A DNA stretch of 50,841 bases from Actinomycetota bacterium (GCA_044869895.1 JBIOXZ010000201.1:1-50841), one strand, 5' to 3'. Counted from the first letter of the stretch, positions 8,444-18,383 are shown. The notes: generated by a model not told the origin, from the sequence alone. Numbers and translations: made by a program.

Positions 8444-9769
8444 TCAGAACAGCTCGAGATATTCCTGGCGCTCCCAATCGCTCACCGAGTCTGCGAACCG
8501 GGCGAGCTCGTGGCCTCGGATGGCCGTGTAGGCCTTCAGGAACTCCTCCCCGAAGAACTCCTTCGTGGCCGGCTCTGCGGCCAGCTCCCCAAGCGCCTCG
8601 GGCAGCGAGGAGGGAAGCGGCTCGAGCGATGGGTCTTCCTCGGCCGGCGCATCGCTCGACGGCGGGGGAGGCGTCAGTCCCTGCTCGATCCCCGCCAGTC
8701 CCGCCGAGAGCAAGGCCGCACCGACCAGGTACGGATTCGACAGGGCGGTGGGGCCTCGGTTTTCCGTGTGCGTCGACTCGGGCCCCCCGCCCTTCACCCG
8801 GAGGAGCGCCGAGCGGTCCTCGAGACCCCAGGAGATGTTGGTCGGGCTGAACGTGTGTTTCCGGCGGCGTCGGTGGCAGTTCACGGTGGGGGCGATGAGC
8901 GCGTCGACCGCCTTGGCGTACCGGAGCTGCCCGGCGATGAAAGACCGGCAGACATCGGTGATGCCCTGGGGGTCGTCGGCGTCTCCGAACGCGTTCTTCC
9001 CGGTCTTGGAATCCACCAGCGACATGTGAGTGTGGCAGCCGCTGCCGGCGGAGTCCGCAAACGGCTTGCTCATGAACGTGGCGAGGTAACCGTCGGCCCG
9101 CGCGATCTCCTTCACCCCGTTCTTGAAGGTGAACGCGTTGTCGGGGCCCGCCAACCCCTGGCCCGGCGCGAAGTTGATCTCCCACTGCGACCCGGCGTAC
9201 TCGCAGTTCGACGTGATGATGTCCACCCCGATCTGGGGCATCTGCTCCAGGATGCGGCCGATCGTGGGGACGTAGGCGTTCCGAACCGTGTTGAAGATGT
9301 GGTACCCGCCGAACAGCGGCTCCAGGGTCTCCGGGTTCAGCAGGTAGAACTCGTACTCGAAGCCCGTGACGGGCTCGTAGCCCATCGCTCGGCATCTCTC
9401 CAAGGCCCTGCGGTAGACCTGCCTCGGGGTGGCGTCGAGCGGCGTGTCGTCGTACCAGCGGGCGTCGCAGATGAGCCGGGCCGTCCGGTCCGCCCATGGG
9501 ACAACCGCGGCCGTTTCCGGGTCGGGGAAGAGCAGCTGGTCCCCGTACCGACGCTCCTCGTTGTAGAGCGTGCCGCCCACGACGTCCGACCGGGTATCCA
9601 GGACGCTGGCCCCGCCGTACATGTTGAGGCCCCGCTGGGCGTAGCCGAACGCGTGGCGGATGGGGACCGTCTTGGACCGGGAGGTACCGTGCATGTCGGG
9701 CAGCTCGAACCGGACCCAATCGATCCCGTCCTTCTGCCACCCCTCGAGGATGTCGTCCGCGCCGGCCAC
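8444..9769 (-). CDS. Glutamine synthetase-family protein (gamma-glutamylamine ligase-like)
   Basis: RFELPDMHGTSRSK, GFEYEFY, EYAGSQWE, FMSKP, GSGCHTH, ENR, NPYL; start set at GTG 9769 (TATCCT 8 nt upstream). The 917-aa track ORF over-extends into the opposite-strand gene. Confidence 0.85.
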   Translation of the reverse strand: MAGADDILEGWQKDGIDWVRFELPDMHGTSRSKTVPIRHAFGYAQRGLNMYGGASVLDTRSDVVGGTLYNEERRYGDQLLFPDPETAAVVPWADRTARLICDARWYDDTPLDATPRQVYRRALERCRAMGYEPVTGFEYEFYLLNPETLEPLFGGYHIFNTVRNAYVPTIGRILEQMPQIGVDIITSNCEYAGSQWEINFAPGQGLAGPDNAFTFKNGVKEIARADGYLATFMSKPFADSAGSGCHTHMSLVDSKTGKNAFGDADDPQGITDVCRSFIAGQLRYAKAVDALIAPTVNCHRRRRKHTFSPTNISWGLEDRSALLRVKGGGPESTHTENRGPTALSNPYLVGAALLSAGLAGIEQGLTPPPPSSDAPAEEDPSLEPLPSSLPEALGELAAEPATKEFFGEEFLKAYTAIRGHELARFADSVSDWERQEYLELF

Positions 9770-9856
9770 GGGGCAGCAGGATAGCGTCCCGCCCCGGCCA
9801 GGCATAGCCGGGCGCCCGGTTCGTGGCGGCACCGACCGGGAGGTAATCTCCGGGCG
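9770..9856. promoter_or_regulatory. Divergent leaderless promoter pair: TATCCT (minus, 9778-9783) and TAATCT (plus, 9844-9849)
   Basis: TANNNT hexamers 8 and 7 nt before the start codons; no SD directly before either start. Confidence 0.55.
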
Positions 9857-11224
9857 ATGGTGGACAGCAACGAGACCCGGGTGCTCCCCCTGGAGCTCGA
9901 CCACCGATACCCGGTCGTCGTCCGGGGCCGGGGTGTCTGGGCGGAGGACTCCGGTGGGCGGCGGTACCTCGACGCCATGAGCGGTGGCTCGATGGCGGCG
10001 ACCCTGGGCCACGGCCGAACGGACATCATCCAGGCGGCCCGCGCCCAGGCCGAGCGGCTGGCATACGTGCACAACGAGCGACTCACCAACCCCGCGCAGG
10101 AGAAGCTGGCTCGAGAGCTCGTCGAGGTCGCGCCTGAGGGATTCACCCGCGTGCGCTTCGTGGCCAGTGGGTCCGATGCGAACGAGATGGCCGTCCAGCT
10201 CGCCCGGAGCTTCCACGTCGAGCGAGGCGAACCCGATCGGTGGCAGGTGATCTCCCCGGCTCAGGCTTATCACGGTCCGACGATGGAGACCCTGGCCCTG
10301 ACCGGCCGGCCAGGGCTCCAGGGACCGTTCGGCCCGTACCTGCCGCGTCACCTGCATATCCCCCCGAGCACGTGGCGCTTCGATCCCAGCGGCGAAGCCG
10401 CCCTGGAGGCTCTGGACCGGGCCTTGGAGGAGTCCGGCTCCGGGACCGTCTCGGCGTTCTTCTGCGAGCCGATCAGCGCCGCGGCCCTGCCCGCGTACAC
10501 CCCGCCCCGACGTTTCTGGGAGGGCCTTGCCGAGCGGCGCGAGCGTCACGGCTTCCTCGTCCTGTTCGACGAGGTGGTCACCGGCGTGGGGCGAACCGGA
10601 AGGTGGTTCGCCGGCGCCGGCACCGAGTGCGCGCCCGACATCATCGCCACCGCCAAGGGCTTGGGGGCCGGGTACGTTGCCATTGGGGCCCTGCTGGTCA
10701 AGGAGCACGTGTACGACGCGATCGCTCGCGGCTCGAGGCGGTTCACGCTGGGGCACACTTGGGACGGCGCCCCGCTCGCATGTGCCGTCGGACTCGCCGT
10801 GCTCCACGCGATGCGCTCCGAGGGCCTGGTCGACCGGGTCCGAGACCGCGGGGCGAAGCTGCTCGAGGAACTCGGCGCGGCCATGAACGGGATCCCAATG
10901 GTCCGGGAGGTTCGAGGGCACGGGTACCTGCTGGGCGTTTCGTTCGTCGACCCTCGCGACGGTGATTCGCTCCTTCCGCGGGAGCTCCGCGTGGGGGCCA
11001 GGATCGACGGAGCCGCCTTCGAGCGCGGCCTGATCGTCCTGTCCACCCAACCCACGCGAGACGGGTACGCCGGCGACCAGACCTTGTTTGCACCGCCATT
11101 CACTGCTTCGGACGAGGAGCTGGCCGAGATGGTGTCCCGGTTCGGCGACACCGTGCGGCACGTCGCCGAGGAGGTCGAGCGCGAGCTGTCCGCGCACCCG
11201 GCGGCGACGGGGGCCGAGCGATGA
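9857..11224 (+). CDS. Class III PLP-dependent aminotransferase (copy 1)
   Basis: YLDAMSGG, SGSDANE, YHG, FDEVVTGVGRTG, TAKGLG (PLP Lys), GHTW. Confidence 0.9.
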   Translation: MVDSNETRVLPLELDHRYPVVVRGRGVWAEDSGGRRYLDAMSGGSMAATLGHGRTDIIQAARAQAERLAYVHNERLTNPAQEKLARELVEVAPEGFTRVRFVASGSDANEMAVQLARSFHVERGEPDRWQVISPAQAYHGPTMETLALTGRPGLQGPFGPYLPRHLHIPPSTWRFDPSGEAALEALDRALEESGSGTVSAFFCEPISAAALPAYTPPRRFWEGLAERRERHGFLVLFDEVVTGVGRTGRWFAGAGTECAPDIIATAKGLGAGYVAIGALLVKEHVYDAIARGSRRFTLGHTWDGAPLACAVGLAVLHAMRSEGLVDRVRDRGAKLLEELGAAMNGIPMVREVRGHGYLLGVSFVDPRDGDSLLPRELRVGARIDGAAFERGLIVLSTQPTRDGYAGDQTLFAPPFTASDEELAEMVSRFGDTVRHVAEEVERELSAHPAATGAER

Positions 11225-11934
11225 CGGAGCCGGCAGCGAGGGCTGCGCTTCGGGCGCTCATCCTCCAGCACGAGGAGCCCACGCCGCCGGGCCACGTGAC
11301 CGAGTGGCTGGAGGGCCACGGCGCCGAGATGGATGTCTTCCGCATCGACCTCGACGAGCCCAAGGCCGATCCCGGGGACTACGACCTGATCGTGTCGCTC
11401 GGTTCCGAGTTCGCCGCGTACGACGACTCGCACCGGTTCGTCACGACCGAGGGGGAGCTGATGCGGCGCGCGGTCGACGCGAACGTGCCCGTCCTGGGCC
11501 TGTGCTTCGGCGGCCAGATGCTCGCCCGGGTGCTGGGCGGGGAGGTATATCGCGGGTCCGAATCGGAGATCGGCTGGCTCCCGGTGCGGACCGGGGACCC
11601 CGAGCTTGTTCCAGCGGGCCCGTGGTTCCAGTGGCACTTCGACGTAATCACCGCGCCCCCCGACGCGACGGTGCTCGCGGAGACCGACCTGGGCACGCAG
11701 GCGTTCGTCGCGGGCCGGAGCCTCGGCTTGCAGTTCCACCCGGAAGTGACGCCCGAGATCATGGATGAGTGGGTTCGGACGTATCGCCACGAGCTCGATG
11801 CCGAGGGCATCGACCCGGATGCGCTGCTCGAGGAGACGAACCGACGCGCGGCGGAGAGCAAGCGGAGGTCGTGGCGGCTGCTGGAGGGCTTCCTCGACCG
11901 CGTCGCCGGGTTGGGGTCCGGGGCCGCGACGTGA
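11221..11934 (+). CDS. Type 1 glutamine amidotransferase-like hydrolase (probable gamma-glutamyl hydrolase)
   Basis: GLCFGGQ nucleophile and QFHPE catalytic His/Glu; ATGA overlap with upstream gene. Confidence 0.85.
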   Translation: MTEPAARAALRALILQHEEPTPPGHVTEWLEGHGAEMDVFRIDLDEPKADPGDYDLIVSLGSEFAAYDDSHRFVTTEGELMRRAVDANVPVLGLCFGGQMLARVLGGEVYRGSESEIGWLPVRTGDPELVPAGPWFQWHFDVITAPPDATVLAETDLGTQAFVAGRSLGLQFHPEVTPEIMDEWVRTYRHELDAEGIDPDALLEETNRRAAESKRRSWRLLEGFLDRVAGLGSGAAT

Positions 11935-13295
11935 AGGGGACGATCGGCTCCCACGACACCAGCGTGTTCCCCCGCTTCCTCGATCGGGCCTACCCGAACG
12001 TCGAGCGGGGGGAGGGCGTCTGGCTCACCACGACCGGCGGCGAGCGGATCCTCGACGCAACCTCCGGTGGCGCGATGGTCACGTGTCTCGGCCACGGTGT
12101 TGCCGAGCTGGTCGTGGCGGCCACCGAGCAGGCCGAGCGCATCGCCTACTTCTACAACCACCACTTCACCAGCGAGCCGCAGGAGCGGCTTGCCGACCGC
12201 ATACTCGAGGTCGTGGCGCCGGAGATGGCGCGCGTCCGGTTCGTCTCGGGGGGATCCGAGGCGAACGAGACGGCCCTCCAGCTCGCCCGTCTCTACCACG
12301 TGGAGCGGGGTGACACGGAACGGTGGCGGGTGATCTCGCCGGCTCAGGCCTATCACGGCTCGACCATGGGCACCCTCGCGCTCTCGGGACGGCGGGTCCT
12401 GCACGAGCCGTACACGCCGTACCTGGCCGAGCATCTCCACCTCCCGCCGAGCACGTGGCGGTTCGACCCGAGCGGCGAGGCCGCGCTGACCGAGCTGGAT
12501 CGTCTGCTCGAGCGGGCGGGCCCCCAAACGATCGCCGCGTTCGTCTGCGAGCCGATCAGCGCGGCGGCCCTTCCCGGGTACTCCCCGCCGGAGAGGTTCT
12601 GGCAGGGCCTGGCCGAGCGACGCGAGGAGCACGGCTTCCTGGTCTGCTTCGACGAGGTGGTGACGGGCATCGGCCGGGCGGGGACGTGGCTGGCCGCCCA
12701 CCAGCTCGCCCTCGAGCCCGACATCGTGGCCGTGGGGAAGGCCCTCGGCGCCGGCCACGCCCCGCTCGGGGCCGTGCTCTGTCGGCAGCACGTGTACGAG
12801 GCGATCGAGCAGGGGTCCCGGGAGTTCGACCTGGGGCACACGTGGGACGGCGCGCCGCTGTCCTCGGCCGTCGGCGTCGCCGTCCTCGACCTGATCGTCG
12901 AGCGCGGCCTGGTGGAACGGGTCCGCGAGGGGGGACCGGACCTGCTCGGTGAGCTGGAGGCGGCCACGTCGGGCTCCGAGATCGTCCGCGAGGTGCGAGG
13001 CTGCGGCTTCCTGCTCGGCGTGGAGCTCGTCGACCCGCGCGACATGACGTCGTTCCTGCCCGAGGACCTGGACGCCGCGGCGCTGGTCGACGACACGGCC
13101 CTGGAGCACGGCCTCCTGGTCACGTCGACACACCCGCAGGCGGACGGCTACGTGGGGGACCAGGTGCTGCTGGCCCCGGCGTACACGAGCTCGGATGAGG
13201 AGCTCGGCGAGATGGTCGAGCGGTTCGCCGCCACCATGGTCGACGTGGAGCGAACGATCAAGCGATCGCTGACGAGCCCGATGGCCGCGACGTGA
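11931..13295 (+). CDS. Class III PLP-dependent aminotransferase (copy 2)
   Basis: ILDATSGG, GGSEANE, FDEVVTGIGRAG, VGKALG, GHTW; GTGA overlap with upstream stop. Confidence 0.9.
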   Translation: MKGTIGSHDTSVFPRFLDRAYPNVERGEGVWLTTTGGERILDATSGGAMVTCLGHGVAELVVAATEQAERIAYFYNHHFTSEPQERLADRILEVVAPEMARVRFVSGGSEANETALQLARLYHVERGDTERWRVISPAQAYHGSTMGTLALSGRRVLHEPYTPYLAEHLHLPPSTWRFDPSGEAALTELDRLLERAGPQTIAAFVCEPISAAALPGYSPPERFWQGLAERREEHGFLVCFDEVVTGIGRAGTWLAAHQLALEPDIVAVGKALGAGHAPLGAVLCRQHVYEAIEQGSREFDLGHTWDGAPLSSAVGVAVLDLIVERGLVERVREGGPDLLGELEAATSGSEIVREVRGCGFLLGVELVDPRDMTSFLPEDLDAAALVDDTALEHGLLVTSTHPQADGYVGDQVLLAPAYTSSDEELGEMVERFAATMVDVERTIKRSLTSPMAAT

Positions 13296-14593
13296 TCTCA
13301 GAGGGCCGCGCCCGCGACGGGGAGTTCGTCCTGCTGGGGATCCCCGACGTCAACGGGTCGATCCGAGGGAAGGCCTTGCGGCCCGCCGCGTTCGACTCGG
13401 CGGTACGTCACGGAACGGTGATGACCGACCTGATCCTGGGCCTCGACCCCGTGGACACCCCCATCACCGACTTCGAACGGTTCGGCATCCGGACCGGGGC
13501 GGCCGACCTGGTCGTGCACCCGGATCCCGAGACCCTCCACCAGCTGACGTGGCGTCCGGGATGGCGCGTCTGCCTGGCCACCCCGAGCTGGCCCGACGGC
13601 ACCCCCTGCGACTTCGCCCCGCGAGAGGTGTTCCGCCACGCGCTGAACCAGATGGCGGAGCTCGGCTACGAGCCCATGACGGCGCTGGAATACGAGATCC
13701 GGTTATGGGATGGCGACGGACAGCCCATGTCGAGCGGCATCAGCTACAGCCTCACGGAGATCGGACGGTACGGCGAGTTCGTGTCCCGGCTCGTCCCGGC
13801 GCTCGAAGGACTGGGCGTCGACCTCTCCGCCGTGCACACGGAGGCCGGTCCCGGGTTGCTCGAGCTGAACCTGGAGCCCCGGCGAGGCCTGCGCGCCGCC
13901 GACGACGCCGCCCTCGTGAAGTTCGCCGTGAAGGAGTTGGCCGCATCGATGGGGATGCGCGCGAGCTTCCTGGCGAAGACCGCGCCGGGTGAGGAGGGTT
14001 CGAGCGGGCACATCCACTTCTCGTGCTGGGACGGTCAGACGAACGCGTTCGCCGGGCCGGACGCGGCCGACCCGGTGCCGCCGGCGTTCGGCGCGGCCAT
14101 CGCCGGCGTGGTGGAGCACCTGCCCGCCGCCTCCCTGCTGCTGAACCCCAACGTGAACTCGTACAAGCGCCTGGTCCCGGGGTGGTTCGCGCCGATCAAC
14201 GCGACGTGGGGATACGAGAACCGTTCCTGCGCCGTGCGGGCCATCCGCTCGAACCGGCCGGACCTGTGGCGCTTCGAGTGCCGAAGGCCGGGCGCCGACG
14301 CCAATCCCTACCTCGCGCTGGCCGCCGTGGTCGCCTCCGCCGCCGACGGTATGAAGATCAAGGCGGAGCCGCCGCCGCCCATCGAGGGCGACGCCTATGC
14401 ACGGGCGGACCTTCCGGAGCTGCCCGGCTCGCTCGAGTCGGCCATCCGGGCGTTCGAGGCGGACCGGGCGTTGCAGTCGGCGCTCGGCGAGGCTTTCAGC
14501 GCGTACTACACGACGTCCCGAGCGTGGGAGCTCAAGGCCTGGCGCGAGACCGTCACCGACTGGGAACGCGACCGGTACGGGCGCTCGGTCTAA
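13292..14593 (+). CDS. Glutamine synthetase-family protein (PuuA/GlnA4-like)
   Basis: PDVNGSIRGK, LEYEI, HTEAGPGLLE, GSSGHIH, NSYKRL, WGYENR, ECRRPGADANPYL. Confidence 0.85.
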   Translation: MISEGRARDGEFVLLGIPDVNGSIRGKALRPAAFDSAVRHGTVMTDLILGLDPVDTPITDFERFGIRTGAADLVVHPDPETLHQLTWRPGWRVCLATPSWPDGTPCDFAPREVFRHALNQMAELGYEPMTALEYEIRLWDGDGQPMSSGISYSLTEIGRYGEFVSRLVPALEGLGVDLSAVHTEAGPGLLELNLEPRRGLRAADDAALVKFAVKELAASMGMRASFLAKTAPGEEGSSGHIHFSCWDGQTNAFAGPDAADPVPPAFGAAIAGVVEHLPAASLLLNPNVNSYKRLVPGWFAPINATWGYENRSCAVRAIRSNRPDLWRFECRRPGADANPYLALAAVVASAADGMKIKAEPPPPIEGDAYARADLPELPGSLESAIRAFEADRALQSALGEAFSAYYTTSRAWELKAWRETVTDWERDRYGRSV

Positions 14594-16039
14594 CTAGGCC
14601 TCCGAGAAGTAGACGTTCTTCACCTCGGTGTACAGGTTCACCGCGTGCATGCCCATCTCCCGGCCGATACCACTGCGCTTGTAGCCGCCGAACGGCGCCT
14701 CTGTGTGCACGCTGTGCGAGGAGTTCACGCTGATGACCCCGGTACGGATGGCTTTCGCCACCCGGATGGCCCGTCCCAGGTCCCGCGTCCAGATCGATCC
14801 CGAGAGCCCGTATTCGGTCTCGTTGGCCATGCGGATGGCCTCCTCTTCGGTGTCGAACGCGATCAGACTGGCCACCGGCCCGAAGATCTCCTCCTGGGCC
14901 ACCCGCGTATCGTTGCGGACGTCGGCAAGCACCGCCGGGCGAAGGTAGAACCCGCCCTCGCCCCCGGCCACCTGCGGGATGTCGCCTCCCGTCACGAGGC
15001 GCGCCCCCTCCTTCTGGCCGATCTCCAGGTATTCGAGCGAAGTTTCCCGCTGGCCGGCGGAGATCATCGGCCCCAGCTCCGTCTCCTCCTCGAGCGGCGG
15101 TCCCACCCTGAGCTCATCGGTCCGCTTGGCCATGGCCGCGACGACCTCGTCGTAGGCGGACCGCTCGACGAGCACGCGGCTGCGAGCGCAGCAGTCCTGC
15201 CCCGTGTTTCCGAACACCGACCACACGGAGCGTTCGACCGCCGTGTCCATGTCGGCATCGGCGAAGACCACGTTCGCGGACTTGCCGCCGAGTTCGAGCG
15301 AGACGCGCGTGACGTTCCGAGCGGCCAGGGCCATGATCTTCGACCCCACCTCGGTCGAGCCGGTGAACCCCACCTTGTTCACCCGGGGGTCGGCGACCAG
15401 GGCATTGCCCACCGCCGAGCCCGGCCCCGGAAGGACGGAGATCGCGTCCGCAGGCAGGCCCGCCTCAACCAGGATCTCGGCCAGGCGGAGCACCGACAGC
15501 GGAGTGTAGGAGGCCGGCTTGACCACGATGGTGTTCCCACACGCGAGGGCCGGCGCGATCTTCCACGTCGAGATGACGAGCGGGAAATTCCATGGCGTGA
15601 TGAGGGCGCAGACGCCCACGGGCTCACGGAGGGTCACGTCGAGCCCCGGATCCTGGATGGGCACGGTCTCCCCGAAGATCTTGTTGGCCGCCCCGCCCCA
15701 GTACTCGAGGGTGTCGGCCACGATCTCGATCTCGTCCCGGGCGTCGCGGATCGGCTTCCCGGCGTTTCGGGCCTCGAGCCGCGCCAGTTCCTCCAGCCGG
15801 TCGCGAACCATTCCGGAGGCGCGGAGGAGAACGCGGCCCCGGAGCGTGGCGGGGGTGCTCGGCCAGGGGCCCTCGTCGAATGCGCGAACCGCGACGTCGA
15901 CCGCCCTCCGTGCGTCTTCGGGACCGGCCTCGGCCACCTCCGTCATGGGGGCGCCGGTTCCGGGCTCGATCACCGCGAACGTCTTGCCCTCGGCGGCGGG
16001 CCGGCCCTCGCCGCCCAGGACCAGCAACTCGGTGGTCAT
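14594..16039 (-). CDS. NAD(P)-dependent aldehyde dehydrogenase
   Basis: PWNFP, FTGSTEVG, LELGGKS, GQDCCA, QEEIFGP, PFGGYKRSG; GAGGAGGG RBS. Confidence 0.92.
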   Translation of the reverse strand: MTTELLVLGGEGRPAAEGKTFAVIEPGTGAPMTEVAEAGPEDARRAVDVAVRAFDEGPWPSTPATLRGRVLLRASGMVRDRLEELARLEARNAGKPIRDARDEIEIVADTLEYWGGAANKIFGETVPIQDPGLDVTLREPVGVCALITPWNFPLVISTWKIAPALACGNTIVVKPASYTPLSVLRLAEILVEAGLPADAISVLPGPGSAVGNALVADPRVNKVGFTGSTEVGSKIMALAARNVTRVSLELGGKSANVVFADADMDTAVERSVWSVFGNTGQDCCARSRVLVERSAYDEVVAAMAKRTDELRVGPPLEEETELGPMISAGQRETSLEYLEIGQKEGARLVTGGDIPQVAGGEGGFYLRPAVLADVRNDTRVAQEEIFGPVASLIAFDTEEEAIRMANETEYGLSGSIWTRDLGRAIRVAKAIRTGVISVNSSHSVHTEAPFGGYKRSGIGREMGMHAVNLYTEVKNVYFSEA

Positions 16040-16149
16040 CGTCCCTCCTCTGATATGGGGTTGGGGCTTGGTGCGAGCGCGGGGCGATGATACCGGCGCT
16101 CGATCCGGGATGTCCGTGGCTGATCGAGGCCCGGTACGATCCGGTGGCC

Positions 16150-16941
16150 ATGGAAACGGTGCGCTCGAAGGACGGCACCATCATCGCGTTCGACCGGGTC
16201 GGCCGGGGTCCGTCGGTCATCCTGGTCGGCGGTGCGCTAAGCGATCGATCGGCGGGAGCTCCCCTTGCGAATCTTCTATCGCAGGGTTTCACGGTTGTCA
16301 CGTTCGATCGCCGCGGCCGAGGAGACAGTGGGGATACGGCAACGTATGCGGTTGAGCGCGAGGTCGAGGACCTCGGAGCCCTGATTGCGGAGACCGCCGG
16401 GGCGGCGTCGGTGTTCGGGCATTCCTCGGGGGCGGTCCTGGCCCTCGAGGGCGCCGTCCGGGGCCTCCCGATCACCAGGCTCGCGGTCTATGAGCCGCCA
16501 TTCATCGTCGACGACACCCGCCCGTTGCTGCCCGATGACTACGGGCCGCGGCTCACCGAGTTGATTTCCGCCGGCCGACGGGGAGACGCCGTCGAGCTGT
16601 TCATGACTGTAGCGGTGGGGGTTCCCGCCGAGATGGTGGCCGAGATGCGGGGCTCGCCGATGTGGCCGGCCATGGAGGCCCTGGCCCACACGCTCCCTTA
16701 CGACGGTGCGGTCATGGGCGACACGATGGAGGGCAACCCCGCCTCGATGAAGCGGTGGGCATCCATCACGGTCCCCACGCTCGCGATGGACGGCGGGGCG
16801 AGCCCGGAATGGGCCCAGAACGCCGTCCGTGCGCTTGTGGAGGTCCTGCCCGATGCGCAGCACCTCACACTGGAGGGTCAGACGCACGGGGCCGCCCCCG
16901 AGATTGTCGCGCCGATCCTGGAGAGGTTCTTCTCCCGCTGA
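16150..16941 (+). CDS. Alpha/beta hydrolase
   Basis: METVRSKDGT start, DRRGRGDS, GHSSG nucleophile, GQTH. Confidence 0.85.
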   Translation: METVRSKDGTIIAFDRVGRGPSVILVGGALSDRSAGAPLANLLSQGFTVVTFDRRGRGDSGDTATYAVEREVEDLGALIAETAGAASVFGHSSGAVLALEGAVRGLPITRLAVYEPPFIVDDTRPLLPDDYGPRLTELISAGRRGDAVELFMTVAVGVPAEMVAEMRGSPMWPAMEALAHTLPYDGAVMGDTMEGNPASMKRWASITVPTLAMDGGASPEWAQNAVRALVEVLPDAQHLTLEGQTHGAAPEIVAPILERFFSR

Positions 16942-17025
16942 GCCGACGTTGAGGTACCGGCCAGCCTGCCGGCTCCATCCAGCGATAGGCTTTTGCCCTG
17001 CGTCACGAGCACGGAGGTCGCGGAG

Positions 17026-17670
17026 GTGACGTTTCGTGGGTGGCCGGCTGAGGCTCTCGAGTTCTTCGAGGGACTCGAGGCCGACAACTCGAAGACCTAC
17101 TGGCAGCGGAACAGGGATGTCTACGACTCGATGGTTCGCGCCCCCATGGAGAAGCTCCTGGAGGAGCTCGCGCCTGAGTTCGGCGAGGGCCGCATCTTTC
17201 GACCGTATCGGGATGTCCGATTCAGCCTCGACAAGTCGCCCTATAAGACCAATATCGCAGCGACGATCGGGGATGGCTACATCCAGCTCACTGCCGATGG
17301 ATTGGGGGTGGGATCGGGTATGTGGGAGATGGCTCCGGACCAGCTCGAGCGCTACCGGGCGGCGGTGAGCGAGGATCGGTCCGGTGGCAAGCTCGTCGAT
17401 CTGGTGGCCAAGGCATCCGCGGCCGGAGTGGAGGTGACCGGCCACGATGTCCTGAAGACCGCCCCGAAGGGATACCCCAAGGATCATCCTCGGATCGAGC
17501 TCCTGCGATACAAGGGCCTCGTCACGTGGCGGGAGTGGCCTGCCACAGCATGGCTTGGATCCCGGCGAGTCAAGGATCGAGTGGTCGAGTTCCTTCGACT
17601 GTCCAAGCCTCTCAATGACTGGCTGCGAACGAATGTCGGCCCATCGACCCGCCCCGAACGGCGGCGATAG
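17026..17670 (+). CDS. DUF2461-family protein
   Basis: FFEGLEADNSK, FRPYRDVRFSLDKSPYKT, LKTAPKGYPKDHPRIELLR; GTG start after GGAGG. Confidence 0.8.
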   Translation: MTFRGWPAEALEFFEGLEADNSKTYWQRNRDVYDSMVRAPMEKLLEELAPEFGEGRIFRPYRDVRFSLDKSPYKTNIAATIGDGYIQLTADGLGVGSGMWEMAPDQLERYRAAVSEDRSGGKLVDLVAKASAAGVEVTGHDVLKTAPKGYPKDHPRIELLRYKGLVTWREWPATAWLGSRRVKDRVVEFLRLSKPLNDWLRTNVGPSTRPERRR

Positions 17671-17704
17671 TCTTGGTCGCTGGGCCACTCAGGAAGGAGG
17701 CGGT

Positions 17705-18058
17705 ATGAACCTGAACAGCATCATGATCGGGTCCGAGGACCCCCAGCGCTTGACCGATTACTACGCCAGGCTCTTCGGCAAACCCACTTGGGAAGATGCG
17801 GACTTCAAGGGGTGGCAGCTCGGCACGGGCTCCGTCTCCGTCGGGCCGCACGATCAGGTGAAGGGCAAGAACGCCCACCCGGGGCGCGTGATGTGGAACA
17901 TCGAGAGCTCGGACGTGAAGGGCGATTTCGAACGGCTCAAGGCCGCCGGCGGGACCGTCGTTCAGGAGCCGTATCAGCCGGAAGGGGCGCCCGAGATGTG
18001 GGTGGCCACGTTCTCCGACCCGGACGAGAACTACTTCCAGCTCATGAGCCCGATGTAG
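17705..18058 (+). CDS. VOC/glyoxalase-family protein
   Basis: MNLNSIMIGSEDP...FSDPDENYFQL; AAGGAGG RBS. Confidence 0.8.
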   Translation: MNLNSIMIGSEDPQRLTDYYARLFGKPTWEDADFKGWQLGTGSVSVGPHDQVKGKNAHPGRVMWNIESSDVKGDFERLKAAGGTVVQEPYQPEGAPEMWVATFSDPDENYFQLMSPM

Positions 18059-18383
18059 GACCGTACTCGGCGTTCCTGGGCGTTCCGCTCATTTGCCTGG
18101 GCGAGCGCGCGAAGAAGTGGTCGCCGTTGCGCAGTTCGACTGGGGCGTCGTCGGGGGTCGGCTCGCTACCCCCCTGAACGCGGCGGTAGAGAGCGAAGCC
18201 CGGCGGGACGTTGGCCCTCTCCTTGATCTGCTGTCCCGTTACGACCTCGGTGTCGAAGGTGTAGCGGTTCTGAACGATCACGGTGATGCGGACGCTCGAC
18301 GGCCGGTTCTCGCGCTCGGTGTCCTTCGCATCGGCCACCTCTGCGCTCTCGTCTGCGCTTCCATGGGGCGCGGGCGACGACAT
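18042..18383 (-). CDS. Small multiubiquitin-like (beta-grasp) domain protein, possibly degenerate
   Basis: 'YTFDTEVVTGQQIKERANVPPGFALYRR...DDAPVELRNGDHFF' resembles the Multi_ubiq domain; start and C-terminus uncertain. Confidence 0.55.
   Translation of the reverse strand: MSSPAPHGSADESAEVADAKDTERENRPSSVRITVIVQNRYTFDTEVVTGQQIKERANVPPGFALYRRVQGGSEPTPDDAPVELRNGDHFFARSPRQMSGTPRNAEYGPTSGS

Noticed and set aside
9770-11197. 917-aa GS ORF implying a long N-terminal extension
   Set aside because: The extension is the antisense shadow of the aminotransferase; GS homology begins near 9769
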